Part shown: piece by piece, positions 56,562 to 64,000 of the stretch
How the letters are laid out: every line of letters begins with the position of its first letter
Numbering within the stretch: the stretch's first letter is position 1
Assembly: GCA_003523185.1 (NCBI GenBank)
Contig: DPGN01000021.1
Coordinates: forward strand, 14,094-78,093
Length of the DNA: 64,000 bases
Reading direction: 5' to 3'
Origin: Halieaceae bacterium
Lineage (GTDB): Bacteria > Pseudomonadota > Gammaproteobacteria > Pseudomonadales > Halieaceae
Notes under the pieces: generated by a model
Seen by the model: only the letters and a program-made list of their open reading frames with translations
Told to the model about the DNA's origin: nothing
Database searches by the model: none
Program-made: the position numbers and the translations under genes

Positions 56562-58196
56562 ATGCTTGCACGCCATTTAGTTAAGCCCATTACCCATTCA
56601 CTATTTTTACTTTTTGGGGTGCTAGCCACTCACGCCATGGCGAGTGACAAACCCAATATTGTGATCATGGTCGCGGACGATCTCGGGTGGGCTGATGTTG
56701 GCTACCATGGGGGCAATATCGATACGCCCTCACTCGATAAGCTGGCAGAGGAGGGGGTCAGACTCAACCGCTTTTACACAACGCCTATCTGCTCACCTAC
56801 GCGAGCCGCATTGATGACTGGTCGTGACCCCATTCGCTTGGGTATCGCTTACGGCGTCATCCTTCCCTGGGACAATATTGGCGTGAACCCAGCCGAGCAC
56901 TTTATGCCCCAGTCCTTCCAGGCGGCGGGTTATCAAACAGCGATGGTCGGCAAATGGCATTTGGGTCATGCGCAAATGACCTACCATCCCAACGAGCGTG
57001 GCTTTGAACATTTTTACGGCCACCTTCACACCGAGGTTGGCTTCTATCCGCCCTTTGCCAACATAGGCGGTAAGGATTTCCAGGAGAACGGCGTCTCTAT
57101 TGACGACGAGGGGTATGAAACCTACCTGCTTGCTGATGAGGTCAGTCGGTATATTCGTGAGCGCGATAAGGATAAACCCTTCCTCGTGTACATGCCTTTC
57201 ATTGCTCCCCACACCCCACTCGATGCACCTGACGAGCTGAAAGAGAAGTATAAGGACATTGAAACTGACCTCGCGCCTGCTCGCTCAAATCAAACAGATT
57301 CCACGCGGCGCATAGCGAAGCTCACCTTACGCGAAAGTGCACGTCCAATGTACGCCGCCGTCGTCGATGCCATGGATCAAGCAATTGGCCAGGTTTTAGA
57401 TACGCTGGACTCAGAGGGTTTAACCGACAATACGATTGTTCTCTTCTTCAGTGATAACGGCGGTGCCGCTTATTCGGTGGGTGGGGCAGACAATGCGCCG
57501 CTACGCGGAGGAAAAGGTGAGACATTCGAAGGGGGCATCCGCGTCGTGTCCCTCATGCGCTGGCCTGAAAAGCTTGCACCCGCTCAGGTGTTTGATCAAA
57601 TCATGACGGTCATGGATGTGTTTCCAACCTTGGCCGACGCTGCCGGTATTGAGCCACTCAATAACTTCGAGTTTGATGGTGCGAGTTTGTGGCCGTCGAT
57701 TCAGAACGGCGTCGTTCACGAGCGCGATGACCTCATTATGTTTGCCTCGGAGATTCCGATATACGGCAGCTTCAAACTCACGGCGTTTGATGATGAATGG
57801 AAGCTGGTGCAGGAGATGGAGCAGGACCAACTCTCCACGACAGTGACCAACTATTTATTCCGGATCTCAGAAGACCCACACGAATACAACAATCTGGCGT
57901 CAAAACATCCCGATATCGTTGAGGAAATGGCGCGCGCTATTACCGACTGGCGCGCACTTTATCCTGTTAGCGGTACACGATCAGAGCTGATTCCTCCGCC
58001 GGGCTGGCGTGCGCCAAAAGACTGGGCCACTTATCCTAGGCCAATCGATGAGCTTCAGGAGACAGAAAACCTGGGTATGGCGCCAACAGAATCAATTTTG
58101 CGTATCTTGGATATGCAGCACGGTCAGCGTGGGCGTTTGGTCTACTCGTGCACAAAGCGATGGTGGTCTTTGGGTTTTTGCATTACCGATGATTGA
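56562..58196 (+). CDS. secreted arylsulfatase (formylglycine-dependent sulfatase family)
   Basis: Signal peptide. 'CSPTRAALMTGR' C-x-P-x-R motif. 'DDLGWAD' metal site. Confidence 0.9.
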   Translation: MLARHLVKPITHSLFLLFGVLATHAMASDKPNIVIMVADDLGWADVGYHGGNIDTPSLDKLAEEGVRLNRFYTTPICSPTRAALMTGRDPIRLGIAYGVILPWDNIGVNPAEHFMPQSFQAAGYQTAMVGKWHLGHAQMTYHPNERGFEHFYGHLHTEVGFYPPFANIGGKDFQENGVSIDDEGYETYLLADEVSRYIRERDKDKPFLVYMPFIAPHTPLDAPDELKEKYKDIETDLAPARSNQTDSTRRIAKLTLRESARPMYAAVVDAMDQAIGQVLDTLDSEGLTDNTIVLFFSDNGGAAYSVGGADNAPLRGGKGETFEGGIRVVSLMRWPEKLAPAQVFDQIMTVMDVFPTLADAAGIEPLNNFEFDGASLWPSIQNGVVHERDDLIMFASEIPIYGSFKLTAFDDEWKLVQEMEQDQLSTTVTNYLFRISEDPHEYNNLASKHPDIVEEMARAITDWRALYPVSGTRSELIPPPGWRAPKDWATYPRPIDELQETENLGMAPTESILRILDMQHGQRGRLVYSCTKRWWSLGFCITDD

Positions 58197-58284
58197 GCCG
58201 CACCGTTCATAGTAATCGCGTGAGCGTCGGTCGCTACGTCAGGCAAAAAGCTCGATACGCATTGATAGGTGTACCATGCGCGAT

Positions 58285-58749
58285 ATGTCGCTGCACATTG
58301 TTCTTTGCCAACCTGAAATCCCGCCCAATACGGGGAATATTATCCGCCTATGCGCCAATACCGGGGCGTCGCTTCATGTCATCGAGCCTCTGGGGTTTGA
58401 GATGGACGACAAACGGCTGCGCCGGGCCGGGCTCGATTACCACGAGTTTGCCAATGTCCGAACCTGGGATTCGCTGCTTAGTTATATTGACGCTCATGGG
58501 GATCGCCGGCTCATCGCTGTAGAGACCTGCGGTGAGGTGGCTCACTCTGACCTTACTTACCAGTCCGGTGATTCATTGGTCTTCGGCTCCGAGACCAAAG
58601 GCTTGTCACCCGAGTTGCTCGCCCTGTTTGATGCTAGTCATATTGTTCGGTTACCCATGTTGCCAGGCAGTCGAAGCCTGAATTTGTCGAACGCCGTTGC
58701 GGTTGCCGTTTATGAGGCCTGGCGACAGCTGGGGTACGCGGGCAGATAA
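58285..58749 (+). CDS. trmL: tRNA (cytidine/uridine(34)-2'-O)-methyltransferase
   Basis: Near-collinear with recalled E. coli TrmL: '[23 protein letters not shown]', '[15 protein letters not shown]', '[23 protein letters not shown]'. Confidence 0.92.
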   Translation: MSLHIVLCQPEIPPNTGNIIRLCANTGASLHVIEPLGFEMDDKRLRRAGLDYHEFANVRTWDSLLSYIDAHGDRRLIAVETCGEVAHSDLTYQSGDSLVFGSETKGLSPELLALFDASHIVRLPMLPGSRSLNLSNAVAVAVYEAWRQLGYAGR

Positions 58750-58772
58750 ACGATCCCGATGAAAAGCGGTAG

Positions 58773-59174
58773 CTACCCTTGCTTGTCGAGTTTGATATCG
58801 CTCTCCACGGATACCCAAGCGGGTGCGGAGCAACACCAGATTTGGAGTTTGGGAGGTAACAGATCCTTCTGATGGCAGCCACCCAGTCGAACCGATAACA
58901 AGCCACGGCCATCGATGTTGCTGGTATGAATGCCCGATCCACAATCACCACAGAAACTGTAGTAGCGCTCGTTACCGCTATCGGCGAGCTTTCCATGCTC
59001 CTTTAGTTGTCCGCTGGTGAGTTCAAAGTCTTCGCGCTTGATTCGGGCGGTATATTGAAATGCAGATGAACCGAAGGTCTGACAGTCGGTGCAGTAGCAG
59101 ATAGCGACCATGTCGGGGTTCGCCACCGCTTTCCAAGTGATGTTGCCGCAATGGCAGGCTCCGTCAATGTTCAT
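58773..59174 (-). CDS. GFA family zinc protein (second paralogue)
   Basis: 'GACHCGNITW...CYCTDCQ...FCGDCGSG' Cys pattern. Confidence 0.75.
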   Translation of the reverse strand: MNIDGACHCGNITWKAVANPDMVAICYCTDCQTFGSSAFQYTARIKREDFELTSGQLKEHGKLADSGNERYYSFCGDCGSGIHTSNIDGRGLLSVRLGGCHQKDLLPPKLQIWCCSAPAWVSVESDIKLDKQG

Positions 59175-59214
59175 AAGCGAGGCAACTCCTTCGTCATCGA
59201 GCGTTATTTTATTT

Positions 59215-59231
59215 TGGCATAACGTATGCCA
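59215..59231. promoter_or_regulatory. 17-bp perfect palindrome TGGCATA-ACG-TATGCCA in the divergent promoter region
   Basis: 7-bp arms with a 3-nt spacer, embedded in AT-rich DNA. It lies 41 nt from the GFA2 start and about 104 nt upstream of the TauD-family start. Confidence 0.4.
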
Positions 59232-59334
59232 TATTATTTATCCTGGCCGAAACCGAGATGGCCACGAATGTCGGTACATCGTATAACCGTAATCGTTAGT
59301 TCGACACAGCCAATAACAAAAAGGACAGAGATCA

Positions 59335-60240
59335 ATGAACGTGGTTCCTATTTGCAAAGGTTCGGGTGGCCAAGGTTCTGTTAGTAAGGCTTTTGGTGGC
59401 AAAGCTGTTGCTAGCGAAGGATTCGGAGCAGACATCACAGATGTCGACCTAGCGAATCTCACTGATGACACCTTTGAGGCGATCTACCGCGCGTGGCTAA
59501 GCTTTGGTGTGCTGCGGTTTAAAGGACAAACACTCAACAAGGACTCACTTCAGACATTTAGCCAGCGCTTTGGACCACTGGAGCAAATTCCGACAGGAAG
59601 GATGAGCGAGGAGCAAAAGGCGCGGTTGGACAATCTCTACGTCACGCCCATCTCCAATATCAAGGTCGACGGGAGACCCATCGGCGGACTAGGTGACGCT
59701 GAGGCAACGTGGCATTCCGATATGACCTACGTTGAGGTGCCACCCCCTGCCAGCGTCTTACTGGGCGTTGAGATTCCTCAAAATGGCGGGGATACCTTTT
59801 TTTCCGATCAGCGTGCTGCGCTTGGCTTGCTACCCGCAGACTTACGCCAGCGTATCGAGGGCTTGTCGATCAAGCACAACGCGGCACACGACAGCGTGGG
59901 AAATCTGCGACCAGGTTTTGAAGCCTTTGATGATCCGCGAGACGCACCTGGCGCTGTTCATCCGATCATTCGAAAACACAACGAAACGGGTGATGCCTGT
60001 CTGTATTTAGGGCGCCGGGAGTGGGCGTATATTCCCGGTTTGTCGGTAGAAGAGAGCGAGGCTTTGCTCGATGAATTGTGGTCCTATGCGGTTCCGGCCG
60101 ATTATGTCGTGGAGCAGAATTGGACGCCCGGCGATGTAATCATTTGGGATAATCGACGCTGTCTGCATAAGCGAACATCGATTGACCCCTCCCAGCGGCG
60201 GTTGTTACTTCGCTGCCAGGTGTTAGCGCGTACTGCTTGA
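59335..60240 (+). CDS. TauD/TfdA family Fe(II)/2-oxoglutarate dioxygenase
   Basis: 'WHSDMTY' H-x-D, distal 'CLHKR' His/Arg region, and N-terminal 'FGADITDVDL' pattern. Confidence 0.85.
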   Translation: MNVVPICKGSGGQGSVSKAFGGKAVASEGFGADITDVDLANLTDDTFEAIYRAWLSFGVLRFKGQTLNKDSLQTFSQRFGPLEQIPTGRMSEEQKARLDNLYVTPISNIKVDGRPIGGLGDAEATWHSDMTYVEVPPPASVLLGVEIPQNGGDTFFSDQRAALGLLPADLRQRIEGLSIKHNAAHDSVGNLRPGFEAFDDPRDAPGAVHPIIRKHNETGDACLYLGRREWAYIPGLSVEESEALLDELWSYAVPADYVVEQNWTPGDVIIWDNRRCLHKRTSIDPSQRRLLLRCQVLARTA

Positions 60241-60279
60241 TAGTGTTGTTTTCACGATGACCAGGGTGAATAGTTTGTC

Positions 60280-60951
60280 ATGAGAGGGTGGTTGCCGCTC
60301 TTTACTTTTATCGGAGCACTAATAACGCTTCTGATGGTCGGTCGTTTGTTGGCGGACTACTTTGGTATCGAGCTGACGCTCGACTCGGTTCATGAGTTTC
60401 GCGATTGGATCGATTCCATAGGCTGGTGGGGCCCTCTCGCCTACGTGATTCTTGTGGTTATTCGGCTCTTTCTTGGTCTCTCAACACACGTCGTACTCAC
60501 GCTGGGGGGCGTAGCGTTTGGATTGACCGAAGCCATTATTTGGGGAGGCGTAGGGCTGACGCTGTCTGGCGTCGTGCAATACGGACTGGGGTACTACCTT
60601 GGTAGTGATTGGGTCACTAAGCGATTGGGCGACAAAAATGAGCGGCTACAACGCATTTTGTCGCGCAGCGGGGTGCCTGCACTTTTCCTGATAACCGTTC
60701 ATCCGCTGGGACCACAAAGCCCGATGACCATCGTGGCCGGGGCTGTGCAGTTCCCATTTATGAAGTTTGTCGTGACCATGATGCTTGCCTCGCCAATTCG
60801 AGCCAGCATTTACGCTGTTCTTGGTGGCGCTGTGCTCGAGTTCGATCTATGGCTCATCGCGCAGATAACAGTGGGCTGCGTCGTCGTGATGATATTGCCG
60901 TTTCTGTACCGTAAAACCCGGCGGCTACTGCTAGGTATGGACGCTTCATAG
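60280..60951 (+). CDS. TVP38/TMEM64 (DedA-related, SNARE-associated) family membrane protein
   Basis: 223 aa, 5-6 hydrophobic helices, 'GLSTHVVLTLGGVAFG' pattern. Confidence 0.65.
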   Translation: MRGWLPLFTFIGALITLLMVGRLLADYFGIELTLDSVHEFRDWIDSIGWWGPLAYVILVVIRLFLGLSTHVVLTLGGVAFGLTEAIIWGGVGLTLSGVVQYGLGYYLGSDWVTKRLGDKNERLQRILSRSGVPALFLITVHPLGPQSPMTIVAGAVQFPFMKFVVTMMLASPIRASIYAVLGGAVLEFDLWLIAQITVGCVVVMILPFLYRKTRRLLLGMDAS

Positions 60952-60966
60952 GGGGCCTGTTTTTCG

Positions 60967-62214
60967 ATGGTAGAGCTTGCCGATATAGCTGAGTACGAAC
61001 GCAATCATTTGATGAGCAAGCTATTGCCGCCGTTGGGTGAGTTGCCCTGGGTCGCCAACGACAAGCCGCTCTCTGAAAAAAAGGTGGCGATCATCACCAC
61101 CGCGGGGCTCAATTTTCGCGAGGACCATAATTTCGAGTTCGTCGATTCCAGCTATCGCGCGTTACCGCGAGACCTTGCCGCCTCGGACATCCTGATGACC
61201 CACGCCTCGGTGAATTACGACCGAAGTGGGTTTCAGGAGGACATCAACGTGGTGTTCCCCGTTGATCGATTCAAGGAGCTCGAGTCTGAGGGCGTTATTG
61301 GTCGGCTGGCCGACGTTAATTACAGCTTCATGGGCGGTGGCATGTTGCCCGACGTCTACGAAGCAAATGCAAGAGATCTCGCAAAACTACTGAAGGCCGA
61401 TGGTGTTGATGCAGCCTTTATTGTGCCTGTTTGCCCAAACTGCTCGAGGACGGTTTGCGGTATCGCTTACTACCTAGAGTCTGAAGGCATTCAGACCGCG
61501 GGCATCGCCTTGTTTCGCGAAATTGCCCAGACCATGAAGCCACCGCGCATTCTTTGGGTCAGTTTTCCGCTGGGCAGACCACTGGGGAAACCTTCTGACG
61601 CAGCCTTCCAGGCCGAGGTCATCAAGCATGCATTGGGGTTGCTCGATGCTGAGCAGGGTCCTCTTCTGGAAGATTATCCGATCGACCTGCCCGATATCGA
61701 TAGACCACCGCCTGCCTGCCCTGTCAGCTTTCAACGCAAGCGTGATGACGAGTCATGGCACGGGCGCCTTTCGCAGGAAGTTGGGTCTCTGACCCCGTGG
61801 TACGAACTCGGTTTAAAGCGGCGCGGACGCACAACGGTTGGGGTCTGTGAGTCTTCAATCAACGATATTGTCGCAGATGTAACGACCTGGGCTGATGACG
61901 TCATGCAGCCGTTCCCCGAGCCTTCATGGCTGAAACTGGCGCTGGAGGACCTTAAGTCGTTTTATTCAGAAGCCATTACCGCGCAGCCAGGCGATTATGA
62001 AGCGGGTTATTCAGATGCCCTGATTGTTGATGACACCGTACTGGGAGAATTGATAATTCACTACGTTAATTACTTCGAAGCGAAGGATCCGAATCATCCG
62101 TTTGTTCGGGTCATTGCCTCGCGTGAGCAACTTAAACGATCGACCGGCAACTGGGCAATCGACCGAGACGGTGCTTACGTGAAAGCGGCGTACCCGATCG
62201 TGGGCAGCGATTAA
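60967..62214 (+). CDS. glycine/sarcosine/betaine/D-proline reductase component B (GrdB/PrdB)-like protein, Cys type, with ~190-aa unassigned C-terminal region
   Basis: 'KKVAIITTAGL', 'DINVVFPVDRFKELESEGVIGRLADVNYSFMGG' and 'VPVCPNCSRTVC' resemble my recollection of the GRDB family. Confidence 0.5.
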   Translation: MVELADIAEYERNHLMSKLLPPLGELPWVANDKPLSEKKVAIITTAGLNFREDHNFEFVDSSYRALPRDLAASDILMTHASVNYDRSGFQEDINVVFPVDRFKELESEGVIGRLADVNYSFMGGGMLPDVYEANARDLAKLLKADGVDAAFIVPVCPNCSRTVCGIAYYLESEGIQTAGIALFREIAQTMKPPRILWVSFPLGRPLGKPSDAAFQAEVIKHALGLLDAEQGPLLEDYPIDLPDIDRPPPACPVSFQRKRDDESWHGRLSQEVGSLTPWYELGLKRRGRTTVGVCESSINDIVADVTTWADDVMQPFPEPSWLKLALEDLKSFYSEAITAQPGDYEAGYSDALIVDDTVLGELIIHYVNYFEAKDPNHPFVRVIASREQLKRSTGNWAIDRDGAYVKAAYPIVGSD

Positions 62215-62345
62215 GTCAGCACATGGAATGTCTCTGAGATAACCAAGCAGAAGAGCCAAATAATCTAGAGGGAATAGACCGCTACGCGCCCAGAAGTCAG
62301 GCCCTTTTGCTTGCTCGCTAATTTGCTGCGCTGTACCGTCCTCGT

Positions 62346-62651
62346 ATGAATAACAAGACATTTATTGGTCGCTTTGCGCTGTGGTCTATCGGCATTGCCT
62401 GCCTCCACTTTTCACTTGAGACCTTGTTTACGCTGCGCTTTGGTCAATCCTTTGTCGGGCTACTCCCTGACTACATTGCGGTTGCCTTGCTCATTTGGGC
62501 TGGCCAGCAAGTCCGGAAGAATAACGCGGCCCTTGAGTTGTTGTGTGGTGCCTGGGGCTTCACGTTTTGCCTTCATTACCGAGCTTGGGCGTGGCGCTTT
62601 GAGGAGGTCATGACAGGCAGTGCAACGCCAGTGGTAGAGACGACCATGTAA
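62346..62651 (+). CDS. hypothetical small membrane protein, possibly truncated by an in-frame TAA
   Basis: Three hydrophobic helices. The frame continues after TAA(62649-62651) for 29 more codons encoding a fourth helix. Confidence 0.4.
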   Translation: MNNKTFIGRFALWSIGIACLHFSLETLFTLRFGQSFVGLLPDYIAVALLIWAGQQVRKNNAALELLCGAWGFTFCLHYRAWAWRFEEVMTGSATPVVETTM

Positions 62652-62960
62652 GTGCTGACCTACACCGCGCCAATCTCGATTATCTCGTTCATTATTACGC
62701 TGATGCTTTGCATGCCAACGGCGCGAAGCCACGGTAGCTAGTGATAACGCTCATACGGGCTCTATGGCTTGGCGCTTTTGCGAGGCATCGCGCAACCACG
62801 TTTCGGCCTTTAGTTGCTTACTCGCCTTAATTGTCGCCTCACACCCAGGCGCCATAATCCATAAAAGGCTGTTGTCTGACCTGCAATGAGATAGTCTTGT
62901 TGAACCAACGTAAATAACTAATAACGAGGCGAGGACGCCACAAATACTTGGAGATTAGCC

Positions 62961-64000
62961 ATGTCTAACGAAGAATGGATGACCAGCGCATGCATCCTCT
63001 GTGAGCTGAACTGTGGCATCAAAGTTCAGACCGGCGGCGAAAATGATCGCGAAATCGTGCGTATCCGCGGCGACGAGGATCACCCCGCTTCGAAGGGCTA
63101 TCTCTGTCAAAAAGCATCGGGGCTGAATCACTATCAGAACGGTAAGGACCGAATAACATCGCCTTTGCGACGCAAGCCAGACGGTACCTTTGAGGTCATC
63201 GATTGGGACACCGCGACCCGCGAGATCATGGAGCGCTTCGCCGCCATTCGCGATACACACGGCGGTGACAAGATCTTTTATTACGGTGGCGGCGGTCAGG
63301 GCAATCATTTGCCCGGTGCCTACTCGAGTGCGACCCGGTCAGTGCTGGGTAGCGTCTACCGCTCCAGTGCTTTGGCGCAGGAGAAGACGGGTGAGTTTTG
63401 GGTCAACGGTCAAATGTTCGGATCCATGGTCAAAGGTGACTTCCACCATTGCGACGTCGCGTTTTTCCTCGGTAAGAACCCCTGGCATACCCACGGTATC
63501 CCCAGAGCACGTGTGTTTCTGCGCGACTTTGCAAAAGATCCCAGCAAAACCATGATTGTTGTCGATCCAGTCGTCACGGAGACGGCGAAAATGGCCGACA
63601 TTCACCTGCGAGTGAGGCCGGGAACGGACGCGTGGATGCTCGCGGCGATGGTGGCCATGCTGGTTCAGGACGAGCGCTATGCGGCAGCCTGGGTTGATGA
63701 ACACACCCAAGGAATTGCAGACATCAAGAAAGCCTTTGGTACCATTTCGATCGCTGACTATTGCGCGCACGCGGGTCTAACTGTTGAAGAAGTCAGCGCA
63801 GCGGTAGACGCCATTGCGAATGCCAAGGGCATGGCTATGTTCGAGGACTTGGGGGTTCAGATGAACCATCACTCGACACTAATTAGCTACCTCGAGAAAT
63901 TGGTTTGGGTCCTGTGTGGTCATTTCGGCAAGGAGGGCGGTCACTACGTCCCCGCTTATCTGCAAAATATCGCGGGCAGCGGGCGCAGCTCACGCAAGTC
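62961..64000 (+). CDS. molybdopterin (bis-MGD) oxidoreductase family protein, N-terminal 346 aa (3' end outside window)
   Basis: Hand-translated and open to the window edge: 'MSNEEWMTSACILCELNCGIKV...KGYLCQK' gives the C-x2-C-x3-C...C [4Fe-4S] motif. GGAG RBS 7 nt upstream. No Tat signal. Absent from the supplied ORF track. Confidence 0.85.
   Translation, partial: MSNEEWMTSACILCELNCGIKVQTGGENDREIVRIRGDEDHPASKGYLCQKASGLNHYQNGKDRITSPLRRKPDGTFEVIDWDTATREIMERFAAIRDTHGGDKIFYYGGGGQGNHLPGAYSSATRSVLGSVYRSSALAQEKTGEFWVNGQMFGSMVKGDFHHCDVAFFLGKNPWHTHGIPRARVFLRDFAKDPSKTMIVVDPVVTETAKMADIHLRVRPGTDAWMLAAMVAMLVQDERYAAAWVDEHTQGIADIKKAFGTISIADYCAHAGLTVEEVSAAVDAIANAKGMAMFEDLGVQMNHHSTLISYLEKLVWVLCGHFGKEGGHYVPAYLQNIAGSGRSSRK

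Noticed and set aside
1-64000. Scan for CRISPR arrays, tRNA/rRNA genes, IS elements, integrases, toxin-antitoxin or defence-type genes, and large-scale direct repeats.
   Set aside because: None were recognised by eye. All long ORFs have metabolic, transport or peptidase assignments, and intergenic regions are short (at most ~330 nt). A proper tRNAscan, Infernal and repeat-finder run is still advisable, because short or degenerate elements are easy to miss by eye.

Overview
Gene-dense 64-kb chromosomal segment of roughly mid-50s % GC (estimated by eye), with about 52 protein-coding genes on both strands. I found no rRNA, tRNA, CRISPR array, transposase, integrase or phage genes. The repertoire (TonB-dependent receptor, many secreted peptidases, sulfatase, GH3, osmolyte/C1 enzymes, and close matches to E. 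coli-type TrmL, LldD and YhdH) suggests a marine heterotrophic gammaproteobacterium. That is inference only. The window is ordinary to accessory catabolic metabolism, not a defence or mobile island, and I see no clear-cut new system. The best candidates for uncharacterised biology are: (1) an ABC ATPase plus a 1198-aa fusion of an ABC-2-like permease to an M1 (HExxH) peptidase domain lacking the GxMEN exopeptidase motif (41.5-46.0 kb). (2) A 583-aa eukaryote-type isocitrate-dehydrogenase-like protein with a tandem internal duplication of its central ~170 aa, one copy degenerate (26.9-28.6 kb). (3) A catabolic island (30.3-41.4 kb) holding a 4-hydroxybutyryl-CoA-dehydratase-like gene with the Fe-S ligand pattern intact, coupled to an EamA transporter and a TesB-like thioesterase, then a TonB receptor, an esterase/Baeyer-Villiger monooxygenase pair, and an acyl-CoA carboxyltransferase with a 71-aa biotin carrier but no biotin carboxylase. 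(4) A TetR-associated cluster of two Rieske oxygenases without any reductase or ferredoxin, one followed 5 nt downstream by a DUF3237 gene, next to a SoxB-like flavoprotein and a homocysteine S-methyltransferase (19.3-25.8 kb). (5) A Cys-type GrdB/PrdB-like reductase homologue with a long extra C-terminal region downstream of a TauD-family dioxygenase (59.3-62.2 kb). (6) A tightly coupled fold-type-III PLP enzyme plus ALO/GULO-type flavin oxidase pair (51.5-54.0 kb). Several start codons in the ORF track look too far upstream and were re-placed using RBS and homology logic. One long partial ORF at the 3' edge (a molybdopterin oxidoreductase) is missing from the track and was translated by hand. 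All family calls rest on motif recognition and recalled homologues; no searches were run.
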